From positions 48,422,001-48,486,000 of the forward strand of contig OZ024745.1 of the NCBI GenBank assembly GCA_964016885.1: a DNA stretch of 64,000 nucleotides. Direction: 5' to 3'. Each line of letters opens with the position of its first letter. Within the stretch, counting starts at the first letter, position 1. Source of the stretch: Eledone cirrhosa (Eukaryota). The notes beneath the pieces were generated by a model. It ran no database searches and had not been told where the DNA came from. It worked only from the letters and a program-made list of their open reading frames with translations. The translations under genes and the position numbers were made by a program. Shown piece after piece: positions 27,113-39,622 of this stretch.

Positions 27113-30100
27113 TCATGTTTCCTGAAAAGCCCCCAAAACTGTATCCATGATACAACATTTTATATTTTCTGAATAAAAGGAAAATTGTTTTCCACTTGTG
27201 AATAATTTAGTTAGATTAATATTGGTCAGGTCAGGCTTCTATCTGCTACTGTTACCATGTAACCCAGTAGAACCTTCATGGTTGAGTGGTTTGGTGAGGA
27301 GGGTAAGTGGAAGTACAATAGAACAAAAACAAGAGCTGTAAAAAGGGCAGATGAACTTCTCAGAGTTAATGGCAATCCACCCCAACTATGGGTTAAATAG
27401 CCTCACCAACCCACAATTGGCCAAGCATGGTGAGTACAGCTGCACCCCTAACAGGACTAACACCAAACAGAAGGTGGTGGAGGTCAACCAATGAGGGATT
27501 CCCCTAACAGGATTGAGAAGGTTCTGGATTGGATTGGAATTATGGTAGATTTAGAATAAATATTGAAGTTCATCATAAACTGAAGATTGATACTAGTGAA
27601 ACAACTTAATTACTGTGTTTTTACGTTTACCATTATAATAAAGTGGGAGACTGGCAGAATCGGATAAAATGCTTTGTGGTATATAGTTGTGACTATGTTC
27701 TGAGTTCAAATTCTACCAAGATCAACTTTGCCCTTCATCCTTCCAGAGTTGATAAAATAAATACCAGTCTAATATTGAGGTTGATTTAATTGACTTTCTC
27801 CTCTCCCCAAATTACTGGTACTGTGTCTAAAGTTGAAATCCTTATTACTGCTTAGAGGGCAGTGGATTGGCAGATTTGTTAGAGTGTCAGACAAATTGCT
27901 TAGTAGCATTTAGTTACAACTTTCTATTTTCTCAGTTCAAATCCCAACAAGGTCAAGTATGACTTTCATCTTTCTGGTGTCAATAAAATAAAATACCAGT
28001 TAAATACTGAGGTCGATATAACCAACTTCTCCTTCCCCTCAAATTACTGATCTCGTGACTATGTTAAAAAAATTATTATAGAGCAGTTGATTGGCAAAAT
28101 CGGTAGAGCATCGAAAAAAAGGATTTTCATTTCATTTCATTTCATTTCATTTGAGTTTGAGTCCATGCTCAGGCCAAGTCGAAGACTCCATCCTCAGAGT
28201 CTGGTGTGGTTGCCAGGTTGGATTCTCTGTTTAATTTTGACATGTGTAGGAGCGAGTTTGAGTCAGTTTGTGCTCATTGTGTATATCCTGGGAGATGGGG
28301 TTCATCTCTAATGGTGCTTAAGTATCTATCCAGCTGCAATTTGAATGATTCCACACTGCATCCTGATAGATTTCTGACATGTACCGGAATGGATTTGTTG
28401 CATTTAGTTATGACTTTCTATTTGCATCTTTGCATTTCATCCATCTGGGGTTGATAAAGTAAAAGTAACAGTTAAGTATTGATGTTGATATAATAGACTC
28501 TTCCCTTGCCCCAAATTGCAAGCCTTATGCCAATGTTAGAAAGAATTATAACCAGTTCATATCAATTCTATCATAATATATCTTTTTAGACGTCTTTGAT
28601 TTTTTGGGGATATTTTTCATATTTTTGTGCTCTCCTCCTCAACAAATTACTACATCAACGTAAGCTGGTAAAAACAATTTTGGCTCCAGTAAGTATCATT
28701 CACTTGTTGCAGAAAAAGGCATGTTAATATATGAAATAAGGATTGTGTACAAGAACTTTAAGAAGTGGGTTGCTGTGATGGATATCTATGCCATTCCTAA
28801 GAGATTTTGAAAAGAAAATGAGACTTTTGTTACTGTGAAACGAAACAGAGCCAAAGACTCAATTTGCCATATATTGCAGAGCAGTGTTTTTACCACTGTC
28901 CCATAATATATACCACTCACACATTCACTGGTGTGGAATAAGAATAATGCCAATGTAAACAAATGGAATGGTTCATATTTGAGGGGCAGTAGCATTACAT
29001 AATGGTATCATCTTTTTCAAGACAAATTTTAACAAATTTGATTAAGTTTATATCATTGTTAACTTAATGTATTATTCCAGCATGTAGGGCAGTGTAATGG
29101 CAATATCAGTTGAGCATTGGACAAAATGTTTTGGGGTATTTAGTTATGACTTTCTACATTCAGAGTTCAAATTCTGCAACGGTCAATTTTACCTTTCATC
29201 CTTCTGTCTAAATTAGAAACTGTTATTCTAAAGTGTTAATGTAGAGTGCACTGTGCAAGCTTCCTTGAGAGGATGAGTGTCTCAGTTTTCACAGCACTGA
29301 TTTTCATTCCAGCCTTGCAGCACTCAGCATCAAACCTATCAAGTGCAAGTCGGAGATCACCTTACTTACATTTTTTTATTGCAAACAAAATTTGTTGAAT
29401 TAATATATTCTTCTCTTCCTTTGATAACTGAAAAAGATTTTACAGAAGAGAAATTTATAATTTTCTTTGATAAATGAATGTAACCATTGATCAGACTTTA
29501 TGAAAACTTACCCCTCTTTTATAGCAGTAATTCTTTTGAAAACCTTATTAGCAAGAACACTCCAGTAAACTATTGTGCCCACTGGTGACAATTCAAAGTA
29601 TGTAAAGAGCCAAAAATATCACCTCATTGTTTTGCTGTGTGAATCATAGTGAGTTATATTAAAAAACAATCACAAGAAAAATGTTGGCAGTATCAACTAA
29701 AATAGTAAAAGATTGACACGAAACTACTTACTTCTATACAACTTTATAATCAGCAAGCAACCATGTGGAAACAATCGGTATTTACACACAAATATAACTA
29801 TAACAATACATCAGACAACATACATATCTAAAGATTGCTAAAATGCCTATCATTTTAATTTCCTGATCTGAGCTTTGAAAAGCACAGTATATATAGTTGC
29901 AGTATTCAGGAAAGTTGATCAGGTTAAACATCTCACACTCTAGTTCTAGTTTTCTGTGCTCTGAGTTCAAACCTGCTGAGGTCAGCTTTTCTTGTTGTCC
30001 TTTTGGGGTTGATAAACAGTATTAGTCGGGAGTAGTGGATTGGTAGAATTGTAAAAGTGCCAAACATGATGCTTAGAAAATGCAAACAGCCAGAACAAAT

Positions 30101-30259
30101 ACTGTAAGACATTTTGTCATAAGCTTTAATCACTGTCAATTCACCCCTAATATCAAACACAAAACATAGATCCTGTAACATGAACTATGAATAGAAGTGA
30201 TCATAGAGTTTAGATAACATACAAACATTATTGAAAATGCTCAGAACCAGATTCAAACA

Positions 30260-30682
30260 ATATAATAATAATAATAATAATAATGAAAATATTGTGTACA
30301 GTGCTCAGGTGCACTACAACTCATCAAAAAGTGTATGTATAGTACATAGGGTAATGTACAAACGTCAGGAAAATGAACAGTGCATGAGTCGTGATATACA
30401 CATAAGTGCATGTGTATGGAAGGGGTACATCAGGTGTAGTTTTGGCGAATTTCGGGAAGCATGAGGGTATTAAAGGATGCAGTGTCTCGGCAGCTAACAA
30501 CTGACGCAGGCAGTTTGTTCCATGCTTCAGCAACTCTAAACGTGAAAAAATGTTTCCGAAAGTCATGGGAGCTGTGCTGTTTTCTGATTTTGTAGGCATG
30601 TCCACGTGTGTTAGACACATGGAGATCAAAAAGGTGCTCAGGGTTGTTGTTGACAAGATGGTTAATAACTTTGTGGGCAACC
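30260..30682 (-). mobile_element. CR1-like LINE 3' end, same family as 26615-27112
   Basis: NTRGHAYKIRK..RKHFFTFRVAEAWNKLP, with an (AAT)n tail on the + strand. Confidence 0.88.
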
Positions 30683-31584
30683 ACTTGGGTATGCTTGATT
30701 TGAAGAATGTAAATTTTGTGTTAAGAAATGAATTATAGATAAATATTTTCTCAAGGGGATTTATTTGAATATTTCACTTTTGCTGAAATATTTCTAAGAA
30801 AATCCTAGAATAGAAATACAATAAAAAGAAAACGAAGGAGAGAAAAAAAAAGAGAAGGGGGAAGAAAATATGCTTCTAGCTTGCAGTTCTTTTTAGTCCT
30901 CATTTAAAAACAAAGTCAGATTTAATTTTCTATTTAAATTAAGGGAGTAAAAAGCTGCCAGTATTTATTCTATCAAGTTTTTTTTTTGCACTATAGAAAT
31001 ATGTTATAATTTCACTGTGTGAAAACTTGTGAGATAATTGATATCATGAAATAGATAATTTTGGGACCCAGACTAACTACTAATCTTAAAACATTAGATT
31101 GGGCAGGTTTTTTTTATTTCTAACATTAAACATTATTTCTTGCTTGTTATTTTAGTCAAGTCAAAGAAAGAATTTCTTACAAAGGAAAAGTGGTAGACAC
31201 TTATTTATTTAATCCCTTTCTTAAAGGTTTATGTTTTTCTTGTAACAGATGTGGTGTTCATTCCACCCTCCTTATATGATGATAATAAAGTTTCCATTTG
31301 TAATGACATTTGTGTCAAATCTAAAATATATATATTTTTTATTCTTGTTTCTAAACCACCAAATGGTTTTAGAAGCTGGCAATATAAAGAATTGTAAATA
31401 GCTTTAAGGCAATACAGAAACAGATAGAAGTAGTTGTCAAAGGTCTAAAAGAGGTAGAAATATAGTAGACCAATGTTCTTCTTCTTCTCCACCATTTGTC
31501 ACAATCCTTCCTATTGAAATGTATCAACATCACTAATTATGATTTAAATTTTATATAACAATAAGAGTAAAGGTGTGTGTGTGT

Positions 31585-31760
31585 GTGTGGCCTAGTGTTT
31601 AGGGTGTTGGGTTCATGATCATTAAGTTGTGAGTTGGATTCTCAGACCAGGTGATGCATTGTGTCGTTGAGCAAGGCACTTCATTTCACATTGTTCCAGT
31701 TCTCTACCAGCAGCAGCAGCTAAGCATTTTCCCTGCAATGGACTGGCATCACATTTCGGA
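31585..31760 (+). mobile_element. Decayed tRNA-derived SINE
   Basis: TGGCCTAGTGTTTAG, GAGTTGGATTCT and TTGAGCAAGGCACTT. Confidence 0.7.
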
Positions 31761-31999
31761 AGGAGGGCTTGACTTGTACCCTGAGTCACTGAAGACTCAC
31801 AAAAAAGGAAAAGCTCTGGGCTTTGTTCAATCTGTGCAAGTATGGAAAATCAGACATAAAATGATAACTCTAACTCTATAACAATAACCAATAGATGTTG
31901 TTACACAGATTTTTGTGCAGAGTTATATTTCCTTATGTTTTCTAGTATTCTGTGTAACATGTATGCAGTGCCTAGTAATGCTATTTTCTGTATGTTGTG

Positions 32000-32260
32000 T
32001 AAAACTAACTACAGCTGTCACACACAATCGAGTATGACTTGATAGTATTTACCATGATATTTTGTCCAACTCTCACAGTTGTGAGCAGACACAGACACCC
32101 CTCTTGATCATCAATTCTTTAATCCAGTAGATCATCCAGGATGTGACAACTGGAAGGAAAGAGGGTTGTACCAGCACCGGGCTGGTATTTTCTTTATCAA
32201 CCCTGCAAGGATGAAAAGTAAAATTGACCGCAGTGGGATTTGAACTCAGAGACCCAGAAC
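32000..32260 (-). repeat. Dispersed repeat (SINE-headed on - strand), second copy at about 38335-38600
   Basis: GAGTATGACTTGRTAGTATTTACCATGATATTTTG...CATCCAGGATGTGACAACT...GGATTTGAAC is shared by both loci. Confidence 0.75.
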
Positions 32261-32735
32261 AAATATCTATTACTTTAATGATTCTACTAAATTGACTGCC
32301 TTGTAGCTATGTTGTGTACTTAAGTGTAAATATAAGTTACGTATTTATCTGTATCTTATAAAATTATTCCCAAGGTTTCTACTATCATGAGATTTGTTTC
32401 TGTTTTCAATACCCACATTTTGGCTATCTCTATTTATAGGTCTTTATAGTAATATAGTTTTGTCATTTTTTTAAAACATATAATGTCATCTAATGGAATT
32501 AATACATCTATAGATTTATAGACTCTCCATTTCTTTTAAACATATATCGATTTCTAATTTAGGCACAAGGCCAGCAAATGTTTTGGGGAAGGGCAAACTT
32601 GATTAAATCAACCCCAGTACTTGACTGGTTGTCATTGAATAGAATCGATACATCTTTAGAATCCATTTATTTACCTGATGGTTGATTTGTCTTATTCTCC
32701 TTGCCTATTTCAATGAATATATCATAGTATAGTTA

Positions 32736-33032
32736 CTTTGTCGTTCTCTGAGATCTTTTCTGGTGTACATTTGTGCCATTTCTTTTCTGCGTGTGGATAT
32801 TTCATAATGCCAGCATATTCTTCACTCAGTGAGAACTCCAACTCTATCATACCTGTAGAAGTATTTTCTCTGGACATCAAGAAACAATGCTTGTACAGCC
32901 TCCATATATTATATTGTAACGTTTGGTATTCTGCTTCATTATGTTTTTTTTGTGTATCTGGTTTAATGTAATTACATTGTATTCTTGCATGACATAAAGG
33001 GTGGCCTTCAGGGTTGGTACTATAAAGGGCAT
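32736..33032 (-). CDS. Candidate host coding exon, product unidentified
   Basis: Non-repetitive open frame of about 100 codons with acceptor TCTTTTATTGTCAG| and possible donor |GTAACT. No recognisable homology. Confidence 0.25.
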
Positions 33033-34265
33033 CTGACAATAAAAGATTGCCTAAAAAGGAACTTCAATCGGTAGAGCATTGGACACCATGCTTTGCAGCA
33101 TAGAATTATGGCCCTTTATGTTCTGAGTTCAAATCTCACTGAGGTTAACTTTGCCTATATTAGTATGCAGTTTATTATAGGATCTAGAAAAATTTGTTGT
33201 TGTATATGTTTTTGGTAGTTCTAACTCTAGTTTAGTGTCATAATAAAAACTTCTCCGATCTTAGCTTCAGTTCTGTGCTTCTCAACTTTCTCCATTATTT
33301 ACATCCATTTTTAAAAATCTGTTAGCTACTGGCCATATAAGAGATACTCTTGTCAACAAGCATGATATTGAGCTAAACCATTTTGATATCAATCAAGTGA
33401 AATCCAGCTCTTGTTCTATGGCACAAAAATCACCCATTTTATTGGATTCTGATTGAAATTAAAATTTTCTAACATAATTTTATATAAGAACCATTTGTTA
33501 AGTTACATTACAAGTACTAGCTTAATTGAAATATAGTGGATGTCATTAGAAATATGGTAATGAAAGGAATAATTTTAAAGTTTTGAATAATTTCTGTAGC
33601 TGTCTCCTTTCATCAAACAAGAGGGAATTTTCAATTAATTGCCAATTTTTTGTGCAAGTCACTCAGTACAATTAGCCTTTAATTTACTTATCTAAATACA
33701 TACCATAGACATACTTAGCTTTGCTCATTTTGTTTTTTAATTATGGTATTTTAGTGTTTCTTCAATTTCCTCAAGGTTGCCTTGGTGTATTTCAAAACTC
33801 ATCAACTTTTTCAAGTACCACTAGAAGAGAAAGAATAGGGTGGAAGTGAGATGCTGCTCCCCAGTAAATTTTATGAAGGGTAGGTGAAACTGGCGAAATT
33901 GTGTGGGGCTGATTCTAATAAGACAGCTGTAGACTGGAGGCAAGAACTGGTAAAAATCACTTATCTTAGGTATGTCACAGTAATCAAATGTTTTGTGTGG
34001 GATGGGTGTTCCAATTTGGGAATCCTTTGTTGTTGTTATTTTACTGGGGTTTTTTTTCTTAATGTTATTGCTGTGTATAGTTACAGCTATGGCTATGTGG
34101 TTAAGATGTTTGGTTTGCTACTATGTGGTTCTGCATTCCATTCAGCTGCATGATATTTTAGGCAAGTACCTTCTACTATAGCAATGGGCTGCCCAATACC
34201 TTATGAGTGAATTCACCAAACAGAAACTGTGAAGAAACTTGTCATATATATATATATATATATAT

Positions 34266-34457
34266 GGGAACCAGTAGGACCCCGACGGCTGAGCTCAAGC
34301 CGTTTCGACGGCTAATTCTGGACTCAGAATTAGCCGTCGAAACGGCTTGAGCTCAGCCGTCGGGGTCTTACTGGTTCCTATTACCCACTCTACTACCCCA
34401 AGTATTGAGTACTTTGGTGCGTTATGGTTCACCTGGTTCCTTACCACATTTCCTTCG

Positions 34458-34459
<2 letters not shown>
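34266..34459 (+). mobile_element. TA-flanked element with a 54-bp-arm hairpin containing the 3' half of a hammerhead ribozyme
   Basis: Arms 34267-34320 and 34325-34378 (one G-T pair, loop GACT). GAAA-CGGCT-tgagctc-AGCCG-TC at 34339-34361 forms stem III plus the GUC triplet. Confidence 0.7.
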
Positions 34460-34513
<54 letters not shown>

Positions 34514-35009
34514 AAATATAAACGGAGTCAAAGACTCTCATTATTCCATGTAAATTATGTGCTCAAAGGAAAAGGAATCCTGAGCTCTTCAAAATACAAT
34601 ATGTAGAAAGGATAAGACGCTAGAGAGAGATAGAGTGTGTGCGATCACAGGGAAACCACCAGTGTATGGAAACTATGGAAGGTAAGGTAGACACATAATA
34701 ATTAAAAATATAAATCAAAACGTGTATACGCACCTCTATAACTATATAACACACACGTACATCATCATCACATAGAAATGACTTTTACAGTACTAGAACT
34801 ATTTCATTTATTTGAAATCATCAGTATGAAACATCTCTAGTCCTTTAGAAGTTATTTATATATTAAATAAATACATGCCTTCTCTAGTAATGTCTTGAGT
34901 GCCATATTGAACTGTGGTTCTGTTCCATTCTTCTTTCGAAAATCATAAAACTATTTTCAAATATGTATATATATATATGTATATATAAATGTAATCTGAG
35001 TTTTTCGAA

Positions 35010-35353
35010 TCATCATCATCATCATTTCATTTTACGTCCACTTTTTCCCTGCTTGCAAGGGTGGGACGGGAACTGATTTTGGCTTGATTTCTACAGCTGG
35101 ATGCCTTTCCTAACACCAACCTCATTTACAGTGAGTGCTGGGTGCTTTTTTGCCGTGACACCTCCACGACCACTTTGTAGTGGAATGATAGGGACCCCAG
35201 TCCCTATCATCTCATTTCTACAGCTGAGTAAACTGGAGCAATGTGAAATAAAGTGTCTTGCTCAAGGAAACAACACATCACCCGGTCTGAGAATTGAACT
35301 CACAACCTTTCGATTGCAAGGCCAATGCTCTTACCGCTAAGCCATGTGCCTCC
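35010..35353 (-). mobile_element. Full-length tRNA-SINE with RTE tail (same family as 20631-20970)
   Basis: Reverse complement matches 20631-20970 over its whole length. Confidence 0.88.
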
Positions 35354-35455
35354 ATTAATAATAATATTCGATTCGTTTGCAATAAGCCTCATTTTTAAAG
35401 CCATGTCAGTAGAATGAGCCCCTCATTCTTGCTCTTGTGTTGGCATGTAAACAGA

Positions 35456-35500
35456 ACTGCAGACACTAATGTTTCTGAGTATAACCCTTTATCAGTACTG
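35456..35500 (-). ncRNA. Degenerate type I hammerhead ribozyme motif
   Basis: Minus strand: cagta-CTGATAA-a-gggt-tat-actc-a-GAAAC-attagt-GTC-tgcag. One core substitution (G8A), and stems I-III can largely form. Confidence 0.55.
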
Positions 35501-36202
35501 TTTACTGTTCACCTGCCAACTGTCAGAGCTAGTGAAAATATATGATATTTTCTAAAATATACAGTGACTGATCAGTCAGATCTGCATATTAGCAGATCCA
35601 CTGATCAACCAGATTTGCATATCAGCAGACTGGCCAGTCAGTTTCCTGTATACGAGCGATCAATGGCTGGCTTTGCCATATTCAAATACATACATATATA
35701 TATATATATATATATGTATGTATTCATGAGTGAATAATAATAATATAATAATACCATAATATTATTAATATTCGGTTTGTTTACAAGTAAACAGCCTCAT
35801 AAAACACCACATGGTAGATGAACAACTTCATCCTTTTGTTCCAGCAGTAGCTGAGAGAAAACAATTGACAATTGTTTCGGAGTGACTTGTTCCAAGATTG
35901 CGTATTCTCCTCACTTGATACTTGCTGGAACTGCTGAGAACACATAGTATTCTCAGATGTATACATCGGCTGATTAGTTTCATTTGCATTCATACCGAAC
36001 AATTTTACAGCTGGCTTTGCCAAAAATTATCCACCATGTTAAGAGCGAAAACAAATTTTGTTTTATATATATGTATATATATTTAGAATTTTGAGAAGTG
36101 ACACGCTAGTTGATATCTATTAGGAAAATGAGAAAATAGTAGAAAATGGTAACAGAATTTTATTATAGAAAAACAGAAAAACATTTTTTTAAAAACAATT
36201 TT

Positions 36203-36247
36203 TAGTACTGGTTTCACTTGATAAAAATTTCAACTTCTTCATACTAG
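36203..36247 (-). ncRNA. Degenerate minimal hammerhead motif (Penelope pLTR type)
   Basis: Minus strand: tag-t-ATGAAGA-agttga-aattttta-tcaagt-GAAAC-CAG-TA-cta. C3 is mutated, and ACCAGT is one transition from the palindromic ACCGGT. Confidence 0.5.
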
Positions 36248-36355
36248 ATAAAATGATAAAAAGTATATAATAAGGTTAAGGTGTAGTTCAATTAGAAGAG
36301 AATATTAGAGAACATAGTTTACATATATATAAATTCATATTTTCATTTATTTATT

Positions 36356-36357
<2 letters not shown>

Positions 36358-36427
<70 letters not shown>

Positions 36428-36511
36428 TTGGTGGTGTGGTGGTAGTAGCAGCTAAAATAGATTGGTTGTCCCTTGCTACTGTCTGATTGGCTGTTGACTT
36501 CAATGGAGCAA

Positions 36512-36543
<32 letters not shown>

Positions 36544-36578
36544 AAGAAGAAAGAAAGAAAGAAAGAAAGAAATAACTA

Positions 36579-36634
<56 letters not shown>

Positions 36635-36645
36635 ATGAATGAATG
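36358..36645. repeat. (CT)n and (GAA)n/(GAAA)n microsatellites
   Basis: Directly visible at about 36360-36423 and 36510-36645. Confidence 0.92.
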
Positions 36646-36699
36646 AAGGTATTTGTTTTGCAAGATTCTTGATGTGAAATTGTGTGTTAAAGCTGATAT

Positions 36700-37004
36700 T
36701 GTTATATTTGGGGATGGTCATGTTGCCAATAAAACGAAATACACACACTATATGACTTTAACTTTTTCATTTTATCTTTATTATTAGTTATTCGTTAGTT
36801 CATGAAAGTTCTTTCTTCACACAGTCTGTGACCTCTTGAATGACTATTTGTTCTCTCCTGTGCTTCCTCTTCTTTCTGGTCTTAATTTGTTACTCCATCT
36901 TGGAATAACAGATTAACAGATTAAGTTGAAAAAGTGAAAATCATATGGTGTGTGTGTTTCTTTTATTGGCAATACTGGCAACATGACCAACCGCAAATAT
37001 AACA
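36700..37004. mobile_element. Non-autonomous TIR element with TGT...ACA ends (Ginger-like MITE)
   Basis: About 70-bp imperfect TIRs (TGTTATATTTG.GG.TGGTCATGTTGCCA... / ...TGGCAACATGACCAACCGCAAATATAACA) and 4-bp ATAT direct flanks. Confidence 0.65.
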
Positions 37005-37012
37005 ATATATAT

Positions 37013-37051
<39 letters not shown>

Positions 37052-37052
37052 C

Positions 37053-37510
37053 ACGATATTAAACAAATGGAAACTATATTTATAAAATCATATTTATTTC
37101 ATTATACATATTTCAGGGATACCATATTAAAAATATGGCATGCCTTCTTCAGATAAAATACAATATATAAGCAGTTTTATAAATAAATTTGACGTACCAT
37201 AAATATTGTTCAACTTCCATTTAAAAAAGTTGGTTTGGTAGTTTTTTTTTAAATGGAAGTTGAACAATATTTATGGTACGTCAAATTTATTTATAAAACT
37301 GCTTATATATTGTATTTTATCTGAAGAAGGCATGCCATATTTTTAATATGGTATCCCTGAAATATGTATAATGAAATAAATATGGTTTTATAAATATAGT
37401 TTCCATTTGTTTAATATCGTATATCTACTCCAAAACTTGTTGAGTGCTTTATATCAGTTATAAAATATTTACTCGTTGTAACCCAACAATTTTAAATAAA
37501 ACTTTTGCAT
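37053..37510. mobile_element. Inverted pair of Penelope-like pseudo-LTR sequences (176-bp arms)
   Basis: 37053-37228 is the reverse complement of about 37243-37420 (about 1 mismatch), and each arm holds a hammerhead motif. TA flanks, with AATAAA near 37495. Confidence 0.7.
37317..37371 (+). ncRNA. Minimal type I hammerhead ribozyme with intact core (mirror copy at 37102-37156, - strand)
   Basis: tta-t-CTGAAGA-agg-c-atgccatat-tttta-atatggtat-c-cct-GAAA-tatg-TA|taa. Canonical CUGANGA/GAAA/UH boxes with a long stem II. Predicted cleavage after 37368. Confidence 0.7.
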
Positions 37511-37770
37511 ATATATATGCAGGATATCATTGGATATAGTTTCGCCTACCACAATGTTCGATTTGTCAAGCTATTTAAACGTATGCAGGATATCTGTAGA
37601 TAAAAGGCCAAGGAAAACAATGCTCAATCTATTGCAAGAGAGCTTATTTAGTATATTTAAAATTCTACACAGTTAACATGTATGCACAACCTTAGGTTTT
37701 GCGGTCCATGACAAGACCCCAAAACCTTAGGTAGCACATACATGTTAAGTGTATAAAATTTAAAATATAC

Positions 37771-38064
<294 letters not shown>

Positions 38065-38330
38065 TCCGAAACAAATGAGGTCGTGTAGGTGTCACGACAA
38101 AAAAAACACACAGTCCACGCTGTAATGTGGCCATGTAGGTGACACGGTAAAAACCTCCCAGTCCACACTGTAAACGTGGTTGGTGTTAGGAAGGGCATCC
38201 AGCCATAGAAAACCCGCCAGACGGTCCTGAGCAAGACAACCAATCTTGACTCAAGTGGGACAATTCCTGTCCAGACCCATGCTAGCGTGGAAGATGGACG
38301 TTAAACGATGATGATGATGATGATGATGAT
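38065..38330 (+). mobile_element. RTE family A-related 3'UTR fragment with (GAT)n tail
   Basis: Matches 9167-9546 without the internal duplication. Confidence 0.85.
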
Positions 38331-38776
38331 ACATAAAACTACAACCATCACTCACAATAGAGTATGACTTGGTAGTATTTACCATGATATTTTGCTAAAG
38401 GTCTTAGGTGCTCATGCAGTTGTGAGCAGATACAGACACCCATCTCTTTTGATCCAATGGAACATCCAGGATGTGACAACTAGAAGGAAAGAGGCTTGTA
38501 CCGGCACTGGGCTGGTATTTCTTTATCAACTTCAAAATGATGAAAAGCAAAGTGGACCTTGGTAGGATTTGAACACAGATCTGGAACAAATATCCAATGC
38601 TCTGCCATACATATATATATGTATGTGTATATATATGTGTGTGTACGAGTATGTATATACCGTATGTACTTATGTGTATGTTGTAATGTTTTACTAAAAA
38701 TATCCAGTGTGAAAAACTGCATGTGACATATCTACAGAACCTTGTTCCCAGCCTAAAATTCACAGCTCTCATTAGC

Positions 38777-38885
<109 letters not shown>

Positions 38886-39307
38886 GCATACACACTAGTA
38901 TAGCTATACACATGTGCACATATGCATACACATACATACACTACATACAGGGATACACACATATGCATACATGCACACAAACACAGAGAGGCAAATGATT
39001 GAGTCTGTAGAGTGGGTTAGTCATGTTTGATGTCCTCTCTCTATAAATATCAGCATTGTAAACAAATATACACTGATGACATCTCGCGTAAAACAAAAAT
39101 GACTTCCACATGTACAAAATATATATGCACAGTTCTCAATTGGTCTACTGTAATCTTTAATGCCCATTAGACACAACATATATTGTCCCTCATTTAGAAA
39201 TGAGGATTTAAAAGCAATGGTTAATCTGGTTCTTTCGTGCATAAAAAACCCCATTAGTATGATTAGTAAGTACTAACATAGTGTGATTCATAATATATAT
39301 ATATATG

Positions 39308-39356
<49 letters not shown>

Positions 39357-39531
39357 CTATATATATATATATATATCCATCTCAATTCTACTTTTGAAAA
39401 GCATAAGAACTGTGAAACCAGTAAAGGAAACAAATATAAATATTCTTAAAAAGACTCCAGTTACATTTTCGATTTCTTTTCCTTATATATATATAAATAT
39501 ATAAATATATATATATAAATATATATATATA

Positions 39532-39622
39532 GGGGTCCTGACTCTTCCTATTAGCCACTCTACTACCCTAAGTATCGAGTACTCTGGTGTATTATGGTCC
39601 ACCTGGTTTCTTACCACACTTT
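39532..39622 (+). mobile_element. TA-flanked relative of 34362-34452
   Basis: GGGGTC...TTCCTATTAGCCACTCTACTACCCTAAGTATCGAGTACTCTGGTG...CACCTGGTTTCTTACCACA aligns to the sequence downstream of the GTC at 34361. Confidence 0.8.

Noticed and set aside
28786-28995. 69-aa hydrophobic ORF on the - strand
   Set aside because: Short, with no recognisable motif or convincing splice signals.
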